In this document: positions 15,226 through 16,085 of the stretch, in pieces
Numbering within the stretch: position 1 is the stretch's first letter
Layout of the letters: every line of letters begins with the position of its first letter
NCBI GenBank assembly: GCA_030633165.1
Contig: DAOVTJ010000030.1
Location: forward strand, 1-16,085
DNA: 16,085 nucleotides
Reading direction: 5' to 3'
Origin: Thiomargarita sp.
Lineage (GTDB): Bacteria > Pseudomonadota > Gammaproteobacteria > Beggiatoales > Beggiatoaceae
The notes under the pieces: generated by a model
What the model was told of the DNA's origin: nothing
Seen by the model: only the letters and a program-made list of their open reading frames with translations
Databases searched by the model: none
Position numbers and translations under genes: made by a program

Positions 15226-16085
15226 TTACCATATAATAAGTAAATACAATCCAATCAAAAAGAAATATGTACTCATCAGTAGTAAGAAAGAAAAATGAGC
15301 GAATAAGGAGGTAAATCCTGTTAATAAACTGTCTTTTATATTATTTCCCGCAACATTCGCTACAAGATCCATTACAATAGATGCGATTAAGCCCGCTATG
15401 CTACCTGCTACTAAAGCTGTTTTCATATCAACTGCCATACCAACTGCCATACCAACTGCCATACCAATAGAAACTAAAACTGCTATTACCACCACAATAT
15501 CGCTTGCAACAACGACTGCTACTAAACTGCCAATAACAATGGCTATGAATGTCGCTAAGCTCAATGCTACAGTCAATGTAGCAGATTGTGTCATAACAGT
15601 CATCATGACACTGGCTACAGTAACTGAGACTAAAACTGAAACCAAGATTGAAATAAAGATCGTCATCCCTATTCCCATATCCTTATCAATTTTCAAGGAT
15701 CCCGTTAATATCCATGCCCCTATAAGTAAACCATTCAATAAAAAATTTATTTCTGGTAAATATTGTAATATTCCCAATAAAGGCCACCAAATTAATGTGC
15801 TGACTAGCCAATTACCTAAACGAGTTTCATCCTCTTGACCAAAAGTTTGCCGATAGGAATATAAATATTGTGGCTTAACCAAAACCCACCATAATAAACG
15901 TAAATAGTCTAATAAATTAAATCGAGAAAATCGTATTTCGGTAGAGACTTGATTAAGTGATTCATTCCCAAAACGCGGGTTTTTCCCTTTTAAAGCCATT
16001 CCCCAACTTTGCACAGCCCACTCAGCCGCTGTTTTATCCAACCATAAATTATCATGTAACTGTTGTGCTAAATGATTAAGCACAT
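15226..16085 (-). CDS. Hypothetical integral membrane protein. The C-terminal ~170 aa are a low-complexity hydrophobic (A/V/I/G/M/S-rich) multi-helix region containing a (GMAV)3 repeat. The reading frame is open to the window edge, so the 5' end may be truncated.
   Basis: Stop at 15226-15228. The frame is open through 16083-16085, which happens to be an ATG at the very end of the window. The true start may lie further upstream. The visible N-terminal ~115 aa are soluble and Trp-rich (…LDYLRLLWWVLVKPQYLYSYRQTFGQ…) with no family recognised. The plus-strand 146-aa ORF at 15398-15838 is its antisense shadow. Confidence 0.5.
   Translation of the reverse strand, partial: VLNHLAQQLHDNLWLDKTAAEWAVQSWGMALKGKNPRFGNESLNQVSTEIRFSRFNLLDYLRLLWWVLVKPQYLYSYRQTFGQEDETRLGNWLVSTLIWWPLLGILQYLPEINFLLNGLLIGAWILTGSLKIDKDMGIGMTIFISILVSVLVSVTVASVMMTVMTQSATLTVALSLATFIAIVIGSLVAVVVASDIVVVIAVLVSIGMAVGMAVGMAVDMKTALVAGSIAGLIASIVMDLVANVAGNNIKDSLLTGFTSLFAHFSFLLLMSTYFFLIGLYLLIIW
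15429..15470. repeat. Perfect 12-bp tandem repeat CAACTGCCATAC x3 plus a partial fourth unit. It is in frame within the membrane-protein CDS and encodes GMAV-GMAV-GMAV on the minus strand.
   Basis: Direct reading: caactgccatac/caactgccatac/caactgccatac/caatag at 15429-15470. The unit length is a multiple of 3, so copy-number change would keep the frame. Confidence 0.8.

Noticed and set aside
4498-15838. Internal or antisense short ORFs: 4498-4689 -, 5701-5928 -, 5802-6008 +, 6985-7167 +, 9402-9614 -, 9623-9865 +, 12674-12925 +, 14032-14256 -, 15398-15838 +
   Set aside because: Each lies wholly inside a well-supported longer CDS (exeA, SPFH, pckA, GGDEF-EAL #1/#2, yejF, membrane protein) on the opposite strand or in another frame. 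None has an SD or a recognisable motif. The 15398-15838 ORF (PTAIPTAIPTAI...) is just the antisense reading of the hydrophobic (GMAV)n-encoding DNA.

Overview
This is an AT-rich (roughly mid-30s % GC by eye) chromosomal segment, mostly core-genome-like, that looks gammaproteobacterial. The tRNA-Gly(GCC)-Cys(GCA)-Leu(TAA) operon is in the E. coli glyW-cysT-leuZ order, and there are orthologue-like HemN, LolA, LpxL, PckA(ATP), ExeA and YejF. It probably comes from a sulfur-oxidising lineage: a Tat-signal flavoprotein (partial FccB) sits downstream of a diheme cytochrome c (FccA), which is flavocytochrome c sulfide dehydrogenase. Gene order on the plus axis: fccB' <- fccA <- lolA | hemN -> | tRNA-Gly-Cys-Leu -> exeA-like -> | <- SPFH/coiled-coil protein | small hypothetical -> | <- pckA | FimX-like GGDEF-EAL #1 -> | <- lpxL | FimX-like GGDEF-EAL #2 -> yejF-like double-ATPase -> | <- partial repeat-containing membrane protein. 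I see no CRISPR array, integrase, transposase or IS element. The feature most worth follow-up is a pair of paralogous pseudo-REC-PAS-GGDEF*-EAL* (FimX architecture) genes with degenerate, mutually complementary catalytic motifs. They bracket the lipid A late acyltransferase gene lpxL, and the second sits 7 nt upstream of an orphan yejF ATPase. This looks like a c-di-GMP receptor module wired to envelope functions. Secondary points of interest are an SPFH/flotillin-like protein without an N-terminal membrane anchor, an orphan ExeA directly after the tRNA operon, lolA packed into the fccAB unit, a CRP/FNR-type site upstream of hemN, and a 12-bp in-frame tandem repeat in a membrane protein. All calls come from reading the translations and the DNA by eye. 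No database search was run.
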